DNA of 64,000 nucleotides, from positions 13,379 to 77,378 of the forward strand of contig JBGTMB010000152.1 of assembly GCA_041743755.1 (NCBI GenBank), given 5' to 3'. The notes below the pieces were generated by a model. That model did no database searches. It was not told the origin of the DNA and was given only the letters and a program-made list of their open reading frames with translations. Of this stretch, positions 54,223-63,700 are shown piece by piece. The translations under genes and the position numbers were made by a program. Source of the stretch: Nitrospiraceae bacterium. Its GTDB lineage: Bacteria; Nitrospirota; Nitrospiria; Nitrospirales; Nitrospiraceae. Within the stretch, counting starts at the first letter, position 1, and every line of letters begins with the position of its first letter.

Positions 54223-54849
54223 TTAGCGGAGTTTGAGGATCATGCCATCAAGCTTGGTATCCGTCACAAACTTTTCGAAATTCTTGTTGTACAATTCGTT
54301 GAGCAATTCCTGGGCATCCTCAGGGTCGAACCAGAAAACCTGGTTGGTTCCGACGCCGGTGAGGGTCTCACGGATCTGGCTCCCATCGGCACGATTCTTC
54401 ACTTGGACAGCCATCCGACTTTTCGCGTTCAGGGTCGTTTTGCCGATGCCACTCGTGGCATCCACACCGACATCGATGAGTCTGCCGGTGATGGTCATAT
54501 CTGCCCCTTCGGCTCCAGTCCCTTTGACGACGGTCGCATTCCAACCTTTCCCATTGAGAAAGTCCGCGAACGCCTGTGCTGTCGCCTCGCCAAGCGTGCC
54601 GTTCGGTAGGCTGAAGTGACTCTCCCCACCCCATAGATGATGTCTGATACCAAGGTGCGACCGATCGGTACGATGGTCTTCAAACGGCTGAATCGCGACA
54701 GTCGCGAGACTCATCGACACAGCTTTCCCATCTGCCACGTTCGCGATGGGAACCTTCAGATCGACACGCTCGCCCTTGCCTGCACAGCCAGCGGCTAAGA
54801 TGATCCCTAGAAGCCCGATTCCTAAGATGTGGGTGTGATAGTGCCTCAC
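54223..54849 (-). CDS. Lipoprotein of unknown function
   Basis: From the ORF 54223..54873. An in-frame GTG at 54849 is preceded by AAGGAGG with a 5-nt spacer, whereas the ATG at 54873 has no SD and abuts a T1 repeat. The lipobox is ILAAGC. Confidence 0.7.
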   Translation of the reverse strand: MRHYHTHILGIGLLGIILAAGCAGKGERVDLKVPIANVADGKAVSMSLATVAIQPFEDHRTDRSHLGIRHHLWGGESHFSLPNGTLGEATAQAFADFLNGKGWNATVVKGTGAEGADMTITGRLIDVGVDATSGIGKTTLNAKSRMAVQVKNRADGSQIRETLTGVGTNQVFWFDPEDAQELLNELYNKNFEKFVTDTKLDGMILKLR

Positions 54850-54876
54850 TTCTTCCTCCTTGATGTCCGACATCTA

Positions 54877-55000
54877 GCAGGATGCTGAAAAAGTCCGCCA
54901 GCCTCGTTCTCGCATCGCTCAGAGGCTCAACGTACCGAAGCATACGCCTCGCCTCTTCGCTCGCTGCGGCCTTGCTGGATGGGCTTTTTGAGCATCCTGC
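54877..55000 (+). repeat. Type-1 (T1) MITE/REP-like palindromic element
   Basis: GCAGGATGCTGAAAAAGTCCGCCAGCCTCGTTCTCGCATCGCTCAGAGGCTCAACGTACC...CGCTCGCTGCGGCCTTGCTGGATGGGCTTTTTGAGCATCCTGC. It lies between pal and the lipoprotein gene, in the same orientation as the copy at 46797. Confidence 0.8.
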
Positions 55001-55107
55001 GGTTATTGAGACCTTCGCCCTATCTGAAGTATGTCACCGATGTTATATGGACACACCGAGTTTTTCCGCAGCCTGCTAAAGCGCATGTCCTATGGCGCAC
55101 GCGATGG

Positions 55108-55677
55108 TTATTTTGTCACGAAATGCGCACGACGATTTTGCTGGTAACAGTCTTCGTTTTGCTGCTTGCAGAAGGGTTTGGTTTCTCCATAACTCGTAAT
55201 CTGAAGCTGCGAAGCCTGCGCACCCATGTCTTGGAGATACTTCTTCACCGCGCGCGCCCGTTTTTCACCCAGGACGAGGTTGTACGCCACGGTGCCTCGC
55301 TCATCGCAATGGCCTTCAATCAGCACCGTCTTGCTCCCGTTGGCGCGAAGCCATGCGGCATTGGCGTCCAACACCGGCATCGCATCCTTACGGACGTGAA
55401 AGCGATCGTATTCGAAGAACACATCTCCCAATGCTTGGCTGTCGGGGTCCTGATTCGATGGCAGCGTGAGATTGGATGGTGCGGTGTCTGCTGGCCGCTC
55501 GAATGATCGCTCAAGCGGTATCGGCTTAATCGCATCCGGCTTGATCTCTTCGCTCTTAGTCTGCCCTGCTCGTGAGGCGGCATCCCCTGACGAGGACGAG
55601 ACGTTCTTACCAGCGCACCCAGCGGCTAACACTATCAAGCTGAGGCTCAGACACACGCCGACAACACTTCGATCCAT
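55108..55677 (-). CDS. pal: Peptidoglycan-associated lipoprotein (OmpA-family, Pal-like)
   Basis: 189 aa with the lipobox VLAAGC and the OmpA_C motif VLIEGHCDERGTVAYNLVLGEKRARAVKKYL. A strong SD (AGGAGG) lies 8 nt upstream. Confidence 0.85.
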   Translation of the reverse strand: MDRSVVGVCLSLSLIVLAAGCAGKNVSSSSGDAASRAGQTKSEEIKPDAIKPIPLERSFERPADTAPSNLTLPSNQDPDSQALGDVFFEYDRFHVRKDAMPVLDANAAWLRANGSKTVLIEGHCDERGTVAYNLVLGEKRARAVKKYLQDMGAQASQLQITSYGETKPFCKQQNEDCYQQNRRAHFVTK

Positions 55678-55924
55678 AACATAACCTCCTGTTGTATGAG
55701 TCGCGTCGTTCCATCAGGGTCAGGGCAATCCTGCTCTTGTACCTGGGCCACTTCATCGCGGCATGTCTTTCACATGGATACCAGATTACCGCCCATACTT
55801 ATAGGTGCTCATGGAACATCCGTCAACCCAAAATCGCACCTCACCCCTATTATATGAGTGGGTGCGCAGGCTGTATTCTCACCGGAAGTTGCATCCCTCT
55901 TCAGCTTTCGCTAATGTGCAAGTC

Positions 55925-57559
55925 ATGACCCATTCCCTCGCGCGTTCACTCGTTCTAGCCGGCGCGAGCGGTCTGTTCCTCTCGCTGAGTTTCCCAAATT
56001 CAGACCTCGGACTGTTGGCTTGGGTCGCCCTTGTGCCGTTGCAGTGGGCGTTGGACGGCAAAACCAAAACGCAGGCATTTTGGATCGGGTGGCTATCCGG
56101 CACGATTGCCTTTACAGGCATGATGACCTGGGTGGTCACCGCCATGAACACCTATGGCAAGGTCCCGCTGGTGATCAGCTACGGCCTCATGTTGCTGCTC
56201 ACGGCCTATTTGGGTTTATATGTCGGTCTCTACTCGGCCGGGGCCGTGTGGTTTCGAACGCTGATTCCTCGCTACGGTTTCTTTGTTTTTCCCTGTTTCT
56301 GGGTGACGCTTGAACTGACCAGAACCTATGCGCTGACCGGATTACCGTGGGGCCTCCTCGGCTATTCTCAATATCGTCAGATTGAGATCATACAAATTGC
56401 TGATCACTTGGGCGTCTACGGAGTCTCATTTCTTATTGTGATGGTGAACGTCGCCATCGCTGAATTTTTCTCCTGGCTGATGCCCTTGTTCCGGGGATTC
56501 CGACCTGCCAGGCTCCCTTGGGAACTCGTGGCCATGGCGGCCCTCCTCGTCGCACTCTCGTGGGAGTATGGCCTGGCATCGCTATCTGAAACGCCGTTTT
56601 CCGATATTCCGCGATCGTCCATCAGTGTGGGAGTGGTGCAGCCGAATGTCGATCAAGCGGTCAAATGGGACACCTCCTATCGAGAGGAGACTCTCGCACG
56701 CTTCGATCGACTCACCGAACAACTCGGCCTGGGCACGGATTTGGTGGTGTGGCCGGAAGCGGCAACGCCGTTCGTCTTTGAGCGTGAACCAGTCTATCAG
56801 TTGCAACTTATTGCCATAGCCAATCGAGCCCATGCGCCGATCCTGTTTGGGAGTCCCGCCGTGCGTTTCTACCCGGATCGGCGGCCCTATCTGTTGAACA
56901 GCGCCTACCTCCTCTCCCCCGACGGCCAGGTGTTGGGACGGTACGACAAACAACATCTGGTTCCCTTTGGAGAATATATCCCGCTCAAATCGTCGGTGTT
57001 ATTTTTCCTCGATAAATTGGTGGAAGGGATCGGCGATTTTGAAGCAGGACCCGGTCCAGCAGTCTTGACCTTGACGCCGAAACCCCGCTCTGCAGCAACA
57101 GGCATGACTGGAACCGCACCACGATCGATTAATTTTGGCGTCGCCATCTGCTACGAAGTGATTTTTCCGAACTTGGTACGGCAATTCGCTGCGAATGGGG
57201 CGGAGTTCTTGGTGACCGTCACGAACGATGCCTGGTTCGGCGCCTCGTCGGCAGCCTCGCAGCATTTTTCGATGGTCGTGTTTCGCGCGGTTGAGAATCA
57301 CTTGGCGTTCGCTCGCTCGGCCAACACCGGCATTTCTGGATTCATCGATCCGTTCGGGCGCATCGTCGAAGCCACGCCGACATTTACGGAGCACGCCGTC
57401 AAAGCGACGATTCAGGTCTGGCGCCCGCATACATTTTACAGCCGGTACGGCGATGTGTTTGCCTACGGCTGTGCTATACTCTGCGCGATTTTATTTTTAC
57501 TGGGCATGTTTCGCTCTAAGGGTTCTGAACCGGATGCCATCGCGGCCACTCCTGTCTAG
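55925..57559 (+). CDS. lnt: Apolipoprotein N-acyltransferase
   Basis: From the ORF 55805..57559. The likely start is the ATG at 55925 (MTHSLARSLVLAG...). It has a polytopic N-terminal part and a C-terminal CN-hydrolase domain with WPE and CYEVIFP (catalytic Cys). Confidence 0.9.
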   Translation: MTHSLARSLVLAGASGLFLSLSFPNSDLGLLAWVALVPLQWALDGKTKTQAFWIGWLSGTIAFTGMMTWVVTAMNTYGKVPLVISYGLMLLLTAYLGLYVGLYSAGAVWFRTLIPRYGFFVFPCFWVTLELTRTYALTGLPWGLLGYSQYRQIEIIQIADHLGVYGVSFLIVMVNVAIAEFFSWLMPLFRGFRPARLPWELVAMAALLVALSWEYGLASLSETPFSDIPRSSISVGVVQPNVDQAVKWDTSYREETLARFDRLTEQLGLGTDLVVWPEAATPFVFEREPVYQLQLIAIANRAHAPILFGSPAVRFYPDRRPYLLNSAYLLSPDGQVLGRYDKQHLVPFGEYIPLKSSVLFFLDKLVEGIGDFEAGPGPAVLTLTPKPRSAATGMTGTAPRSINFGVAICYEVIFPNLVRQFAANGAEFLVTVTNDAWFGASSAASQHFSMVVFRAVENHLAFARSANTGISGFIDPFGRIVEATPTFTEHAVKATIQVWRPHTFYSRYGDVFAYGCAILCAILFLLGMFRSKGSEPDAIAATPV

Positions 57560-57631
57560 CAGGTTGAGGAACGATACGGTTCATACGAAAAAGGCCGAAA
57601 CATCGAAGAATGAGGCTGACGGTTCAATAGC

Positions 57632-57755
57632 GCAGGATGCTCAAAAAGGCCGTCCAGCAAGGCCGCAGTGAGCGAAGAGGCGAGGCGTACGCTTCAGTAC
57701 GGTGAGTCTCTGAGCGATACGAGAACGATGCTGGCGGAATTTTTCAGCATCCTGC
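57632..57755 (-). repeat. Type-1 (T1) MITE/REP-like palindromic element, inverted orientation
   Basis: GCAGGATGCTCAAAAAGGCCGTCCAGCAAGGCCGCAGTGAGCGAAGAGG...GAGCGATACGAGAACGATGCTGGCGGAATTTTTCAGCATCCTGC is the reverse complement of the 46797 and 54877 copies. It ends 20 nt before the prfB ATG. Confidence 0.8.
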
Positions 57756-57775
57756 TAGAGAGAAAGGATCGCTCC

Positions 57776-58913
57776 ATGCTGGATGAGATAAAAAATCGCG
57801 TGCAGACCCTCAGGCAATTGGTATCTGAACTACGGGGGCATCTTTGACTTTGCTCGCATGACGGCTGAGTTGGCACATCTGGAGCTACAGACATCGCATC
57901 CGGATTTTTGGAATCACGCGCAGCAGGCCGCTAAGATCGGTCGGAAAAAATCTACGATTGAGCATGACCTCCAGCAATGGCGGGACATTGATGAGACCAT
58001 GAACGATCTGGGCGCGCTACTCGAACTGGCGGAAGAAAGCGAAGATACCGAGATTGTGAAGGAGTTGACGTTCGAGCTAGATCGATTCGAGCCAAAGCTC
58101 GCCGCGCTTCGGCTTGAACTGCTCCTCTCAGGCGAACTAGATCCCAACAATGCGATCGTGGCCATCCATCCAGGCGCCGGCGGGACGGAATCTCAGGATT
58201 GGGCACAGATGCTGCTACGCATGTATGTGCGTTGGGCCGAGGGAAAAAAGTTCAAGGTTGAAACGCTGGATCTGCTCCCAGGAGAAGAAGCGGGGATAAA
58301 AAGCGTCACACTCTCGGTGACAGGAGCCTACGCCTATGGCTACCTCAAAGCCGAAGCAGGCGTCCATCGATTGGTGCGCATTTCACCCTTCGATGCAAAC
58401 AAGCGGCGGCATACCTCATTTGCCTCGGTCTTCGTCTATCCTGAGGTGAATGAAGATATCGATCTCGTGATTGAAGACAAAGACCTTAGAATTGATACCT
58501 TTCGGGCCGGCGGCGCCGGCGGCCAGAATGTAAATAAAGTTGAGACGGCTATCCGCATGACACATCTGCCGACCGGGATTGTGGTGCAGTGTCAAAATGA
58601 ACGATCACAACTTCAGAATCGCAATGGCGCGATGAAGGTATTGAAGGCACGCCTCTATGAACTCGAAGTAAAAAAGAAAGAGGCGGAGTTCAATGCGATC
58701 GTCGGGGAAAAGAAAGATAACGCCTGGGGCAGCCAAATTCGATCGTATGTGTTCCAGCCCTATCAAATGGTCAAAGACCTCCGGACCGGCTACGAAGTGG
58801 GACAGGTAGCCGCCGTCATGGATGGCGATCTAGACGGGTTCATCGAGGCGTATCTGAAAAGGAAAATGGCAAAAGGCGCCATGCAAGAAGCGGTGGAAGA
58901 TCCGCCAGTCTAA
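57776..58913 (+). CDS. prfB: Peptide chain release factor 2 (requires programmed +1 ribosomal frameshift at 57842-57848)
   Basis: Frame 0 is ATG 57776 ...LRGHL then TGA (57845-57847). The +1 frame continues from GAC at 57846 in phase with ORF 57858..58913. The protein has the SPF tripeptide (RISPFD) and the GGQ motif ([10 protein letters not shown]). Confidence 0.92.
57834..57848 (+). promoter_or_regulatory. RF2 autoregulatory +1 frameshift site: internal SD-like GGGGG, spacer, CTT TGA C
   Basis: Read directly as cta cGG GGG cat CTT TGA Ctt. This is the canonical slippery CUU-UGA-C with an upstream Shine-Dalgarno-like element. Confidence 0.9.
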
Positions 58914-58946
58914 CTCCTTGCCCATCGCCTCATACCTGAAACAGCT

Positions 58947-60428
58947 ATGGACGAACTGAACGAGCAGCAACAACAACGCATCAAGAAGCTCGACGCCCTG
59001 CGTGAAGCAGGCGTGGCGCCCTACGGTACGCGATTCGAGGTGAAGGATCGTGCGGGCCAACTGATCAAACTCCATGCGGAGAAACCTAAAGAGGTTTTGG
59101 AAGAGGAAAAGATCTGCTGTACCTTTGCCGGACGCATCGTCGCCCTGCGACGATTCGGCAAAGCAGGTTTCGCCGTATTGCAAGACGGATCTGACCGGCT
59201 GCAGGTCTATCTCAAGAAGGATCACCTCACAGAGCAGGGGTATCGTATTGCCGAACTACTCGACTTGGGCGACTGGATCGGTGTGACCGGCACACTCTTT
59301 CGCACAAAGACCAATGAATTCACCGTCGAAGTCGCACAGCTTACCTTCTTAAGCAAAGCCCTCAGACCGCTTCCGGAAAAATGGCATGGGTTGACGGACG
59401 TGGAAACCCGTTACCGACAGCGCTATGTCGATTTGATCGCGAATCCCGAGATACATGGCATATTCGCCACCCGTAGTAGAATCATCGCCGGTATTCGCGC
59501 CTTCTTGATCGAACGAGGCTTCCTTGAGGTCGAAACGCCGATGATGCATCCGATCCCAGGAGGGGCTGCGGCAAAACCCTTCGTCACCCACCATAATGCC
59601 CTCGGCGTCGATCTCTATCTCCGCATTGCGCCGGAACTCTATTTGAAGCGGCTGATCGTGGGCGGCTTTCCTCGCGTGTTTGAGATTAATCGCAACTTTA
59701 GAAACGAAGGCATCTCGACGATTCACAACCCGGAATTCACGATGCTGGAGTTCTACGTGGCCTATGCCGACTACCAGGACCTGATCGTCCTCACAGAAGA
59801 ACTGGTCTCCTCCTTGGCACAACAGATTTTCGGCAAGACCGTCATCAGCTATCAAGGGAAAGACATCACGCTCACAGCTCCATGGCGCCGCTGGTCGTAT
59901 CACCAGGCGATTCTGGAGGTGAACAACCTCGATGCCTCCGTCCTTCAGGATAAGGAGAAGGCGATTGCGGCGGCCAAAGCGCTCGCCATTTCGGTTGATC
60001 CACAATGGCCACTCTTCAATATCGTGAACGAAATCTTCGAGGAAACCGTCGAACCGAAGCTGATTCAGCCGACCTTTATCACCGACTACCCCATCGATAT
60101 TTCTCCCCTCGCACGGCGCAAGGATTCGAACCCGGAGCTGACCGATCGTTTCGAGCTCTATATTGCCGGCCGGGAAATCGCGAATGCCTTTTCAGAGTTG
60201 AACGATCCATTGGATCAGCGGGGACGGTTCGAAGGACAGGCCGCGCAGCGCGCAGCAGGCGACGAAGAGGCGCATCTGGTCGATGAAGACTTCCTGCGCG
60301 CCTTAGAATACGGTATGCCGCCCACTGCGGGTGAAGGCATCGGCATCGACCGGCTGATCATGCTCTTTACCGACCAAGCGTCGATCCGCGACGTGGTCCT
60401 CTTCCCTCAACTCAGGCCCGAGAAATAA
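58947..60428 (+). CDS. lysS: Lysine--tRNA ligase (class II)
   Basis: 493 aa with FLEVETPMMH (motif 2 region), FRNEGIS and GIGIDRLIMLF (motif 3). The prfB-lysS synteny matches many bacteria. Confidence 0.97.
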   Translation: MDELNEQQQQRIKKLDALREAGVAPYGTRFEVKDRAGQLIKLHAEKPKEVLEEEKICCTFAGRIVALRRFGKAGFAVLQDGSDRLQVYLKKDHLTEQGYRIAELLDLGDWIGVTGTLFRTKTNEFTVEVAQLTFLSKALRPLPEKWHGLTDVETRYRQRYVDLIANPEIHGIFATRSRIIAGIRAFLIERGFLEVETPMMHPIPGGAAAKPFVTHHNALGVDLYLRIAPELYLKRLIVGGFPRVFEINRNFRNEGISTIHNPEFTMLEFYVAYADYQDLIVLTEELVSSLAQQIFGKTVISYQGKDITLTAPWRRWSYHQAILEVNNLDASVLQDKEKAIAAAKALAISVDPQWPLFNIVNEIFEETVEPKLIQPTFITDYPIDISPLARRKDSNPELTDRFELYIAGREIANAFSELNDPLDQRGRFEGQAAQRAAGDEEAHLVDEDFLRALEYGMPPTAGEGIGIDRLIMLFTDQASIRDVVLFPQLRPEK

Positions 60429-60430
60429 CA

Positions 60431-61711
60431 GTGGCCCTTCCCTTCGAAATCTTTGTCGGGTTGCGATATCTGCGCGCCAAGCGCCGGAATCGGACGATCT
60501 CATTGAACACCGTGGTCTCCATTGCCGGAATCACACTCGGCGTGGCGGCACTGATTGGGACGGTCGGCATCATGACCGGATTTAAAGAGGACATTCAGGC
60601 AAAGATTCTTGGGACGACGGCCCACATCATCGTGCAGGATCGGATGAAGGACAGCATGAGCGACTACGATCCCGTCGCCAAGCAAGTCGCAACCGTTCCC
60701 GGTGTCGTCGCGGCAACCCCGTTTGTGCTCAAGCAGGTCTTGCTCACGACCCAGAACGGCGTGCAAGGCATTGTCCTCCGCGGAATTGACCCGCAACGCG
60801 AAGCGACGGTGACGGAGTTGGCCAAAAATCTCTCGACCGGAGAGCTAACTGACCTCAGCAAGCCGATCAAGGTGAAACAGTCACCGGCCGACAATCCCAA
60901 TGGCCCACCAGTCGAGACGGAAAAACCCGGTATCATTCTAGGCAAAGAATTGGCGATGCGGCTCGGCGTCTTTGTCGGTGATACGGTCAATGTGGTGGCC
61001 CCTCCAGCCGGCCCGATCAGTGCGATCGGCATGGTGCCGAAGATCCGCACTTTCGTACTGGTTGCGCTGTTTCAATCCGGCATGTACGAATACGACTCGT
61101 CGTTGGCCTACATCGATCTCGCCGAGGCGCAGAAGTTTTTCAATATGGGGCACACGGTAACGGGCATTGAAATTAAAGTCACGGACGTCTTCCACGCGGA
61201 CGAGACGGCCCGTTCCGTGGAGCAATCGCTCGGCTTCGCCTATGGCGCGCGCGATTGGATGCAGATGAATCGCAATCTATTCTCGGCGCTCAAACTTGAA
61301 AAGACGATGATGTTTTTGCTGTTGGTGTTGATCACCATCGTGGCATCCTTTAACATTGTCAGCACCCTCACCATGATCGTGACAGAAAAGCAAAAAGAGA
61401 TCGCGATCCTCAAGGCGATGGGCGCCACCAGGAAAAGCATCCGGCGCATTTTCATGCTGAACGGATTGATCATCGGTCTGTCCGGAACCGCGATCGGCAT
61501 CCCGCTCGGCTACGCATTTCTATGGCTGATCCAGACATTCTGGACCTTCGATGCATCGGTCTATTACATCTCGCGGATCCCCGTCCACGTCCAAGCAATG
61601 GATGTGCTCCTTGTGGCCGGCTCCGCCATTCTGATCAGCTTCGCCGCTACGGTTTTCCCTTCGCTCCAAGCAGCCAAGCTCGAACCAGTGGCCGCGCTAC
61701 GCTACGAATAA
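60431..61711 (+). CDS. lolC: Lipoprotein-releasing ABC transporter permease (LolC/LolE family)
   Basis: 426 aa, GTG start 2 nt after the lysS stop. FEIFVGLRYLRAKRRNR is the typical LolC/E N-terminus, followed by a MacB-like periplasmic domain and an FtsX C-terminal domain. Confidence 0.9.
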   Translation: MALPFEIFVGLRYLRAKRRNRTISLNTVVSIAGITLGVAALIGTVGIMTGFKEDIQAKILGTTAHIIVQDRMKDSMSDYDPVAKQVATVPGVVAATPFVLKQVLLTTQNGVQGIVLRGIDPQREATVTELAKNLSTGELTDLSKPIKVKQSPADNPNGPPVETEKPGIILGKELAMRLGVFVGDTVNVVAPPAGPISAIGMVPKIRTFVLVALFQSGMYEYDSSLAYIDLAEAQKFFNMGHTVTGIEIKVTDVFHADETARSVEQSLGFAYGARDWMQMNRNLFSALKLEKTMMFLLLVLITIVASFNIVSTLTMIVTEKQKEIAILKAMGATRKSIRRIFMLNGLIIGLSGTAIGIPLGYAFLWLIQTFWTFDASVYYISRIPVHVQAMDVLLVAGSAILISFAATVFPSLQAAKLEPVAALRYE

Positions 61712-61757
61712 TCATGCCGATCCTTTCAGCACATCACTTTCAGTTTGGAGCGTCCTC

Positions 61758-62420
61758 GTGATCACCGTGGCTGGTCTGACCAAATCGTTCCCGATGGGCG
61801 GACAAACCCTCACGGTGCTGAAGGGCGTCAATCTTCAGATTCGGCGCGGGGAATTAATTGCAATCATTGGAGCGTCGGGGGCTGGAAAAAGCACACTGCT
61901 CCACATTATCGGAACGCTCGATCGGCCAACCACAGGGACCGTCCACTTCGATGGCCAGGATATGTTTCACATGTCGGAAGGTGAACAGGCAGACTTCCGG
62001 AACCGGCGCATCGGATTCGTGTTCCAGTTTCATCATCTTCTGCCGGAATTCACGGCGCTCGAAAATGCCTGCATGCCTGCCCTCATTCAGCGCCGAAATC
62101 TGGGAGATATTGAACCGGAAGCCATCACATTGTTGAAGGAAGTCGGATTGGGAGCTCGGTTACATCACAAGCCGGGTGAGTTGTCCGGAGGCGAGCAGCA
62201 ACGAGTGGCGGTCGCACGCGCCCTCTTGCAGAAACCCGACCTCGTGCTGGCTGATGAGCCGACAGGAAACCTTGATACGCACACAGGCGAGGCGCTCTTT
62301 GCCATGTTGCGCGAACTGAACAAGGCCCGCGGAACCACCTTCGTGATCGTCACACACAACGACAAACTGTCTGCTCAGGCCGACCGGATCGTCCACATGC
62401 AGGACGGTCAAATTGTGTAA
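61758..62420 (+). CDS. lolD: Lipoprotein-releasing system ATP-binding protein
   Basis: 220 aa, GTG start with GGAG 7 nt upstream. It has GASGAGKSTLL (Walker A), LSGGEQQRVAVARAL (signature) and LVLADEPTGNLD (Walker B). Confidence 0.92.
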   Translation: MITVAGLTKSFPMGGQTLTVLKGVNLQIRRGELIAIIGASGAGKSTLLHIIGTLDRPTTGTVHFDGQDMFHMSEGEQADFRNRRIGFVFQFHHLLPEFTALENACMPALIQRRNLGDIEPEAITLLKEVGLGARLHHKPGELSGGEQQRVAVARALLQKPDLVLADEPTGNLDTHTGEALFAMLRELNKARGTTFVIVTHNDKLSAQADRIVHMQDGQIV

Positions 62421-62548
62421 CGATCCCTATTGCACCTCACCCTGTTTGTTGTTGTTTACATATAGATGGTAACCCCATCTAACCTTGACGAGAGCGATGT
62501 CATCCAATAGACTCAGCCAGTCTCTCCATGTGCAAGGAGTTGCTCTAG

Positions 62549-63685
62549 ATGTTCGGTTTTCGGTCTCTTCGTGCCGCTGCAATCGTTATAGGCCTGATGA
62601 TTCCTGTCCAAGCGTTGGCCCTGGAGTTCGTCACCGTGGGGCCTCGTGCCATCGGTATGGGTGGAGCCGGCGTGGCCATCACGACAGATTCTTTAGCCAC
62701 CTATTGGAATCCAGCCGGACTCGCAATGACGCAGACCGTTGACGTGAGGATTCAAGGCGGCGGACAGGTGATCGATCGTCTGGGCATCGCCGATGCCATC
62801 CACGACCTCGAAAATCTCGATAGGACCGATATCTCGGCTGCCAATCAAGCGGAGGCCCAAAACATCGCCGATCGAATCAATCGCCCAGGCGCCACGGTAT
62901 CGATCAATGGGTCGGCTGGTCTCTATCTCAAAGGGCATCTGGGCGAGCATGCACTCGGCTTTAATGTTTCTGACGTTGCAACGGGCGGCGGGTTTATGAG
63001 TACCCCGGCAACGGCGACTCTGGCCGGCTCACAAGTGAATTTGACCGGTGAGATGGCCCTGAGAGGGTTAGAGGCGAGGCAAGTGGCGTTTTCCTATGCC
63101 TATGCATTTTCCGATAAAACATTTTCTATCGGGGTGACGGGAAAATTCATTCAAGGCGCCGCGTACAGAGGAAGCACCCTCCTCACCGGAGGAACCGACG
63201 TATCCATTACGGACAACTTTGGGAAAGCCACGCTCTCGACTGCCTTCGGAATCGATGTCGGAGCCATCTACCGCCCATCCTCATGGTTACGCTTCGGCGT
63301 GGTGGCGAAGGATCTCAATCAACCAACTTTTGATGTTCCCGGTGGAGAAGAGCTGAAACTCGGGCCCCAGGTTCGAGGCGGGGTCGCGATCAACCCCTAT
63401 TCTTCGCTGACGTTGACGGCAGATGTCGATGCGACATCAAATAAGACGTTCATTCCAGGCGTGAAGAGCCAGGTCTTGAGTCTCGGAGTCGAGCAAACTA
63501 TCTTTTCTGAATTCATGTCGTTCCGCCTCGGCGCCTTCAAGAATATGAAAGATTCCGGGACACCATTTACCCCTACGGCAGGGTTGGGCTTTCGGCTCTA
63601 TGCCTTCCGTCTCGATGTGGGCGGTGGATATGACTTCCGCGAAGAGGGCGCGCTGGTGTCAGGCTCTGCTTCTTTGACATTCTAA
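62549..63685 (+). CDS. Outer-membrane beta-barrel protein (TraF_2/PorV-like; family assignment uncertain)
   Basis: 378 aa with a signal peptide (...PVQALA). GMGGAGVAITTDSLATYWNPAGLA is typical of PorV/TraF-like barrels. It shows an alternating beta-strand pattern and a C-terminal aromatic residue (SLTF). AAGGAG lies 9 nt upstream. Confidence 0.7.
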   Translation: MFGFRSLRAAAIVIGLMIPVQALALEFVTVGPRAIGMGGAGVAITTDSLATYWNPAGLAMTQTVDVRIQGGGQVIDRLGIADAIHDLENLDRTDISAANQAEAQNIADRINRPGATVSINGSAGLYLKGHLGEHALGFNVSDVATGGGFMSTPATATLAGSQVNLTGEMALRGLEARQVAFSYAYAFSDKTFSIGVTGKFIQGAAYRGSTLLTGGTDVSITDNFGKATLSTAFGIDVGAIYRPSSWLRFGVVAKDLNQPTFDVPGGEELKLGPQVRGGVAINPYSSLTLTADVDATSNKTFIPGVKSQVLSLGVEQTIFSEFMSFRLGAFKNMKDSGTPFTPTAGLGFRLYAFRLDVGGGYDFREEGALVSGSASLTF

Positions 63686-63700
63686 TGGTATACTGAACGT

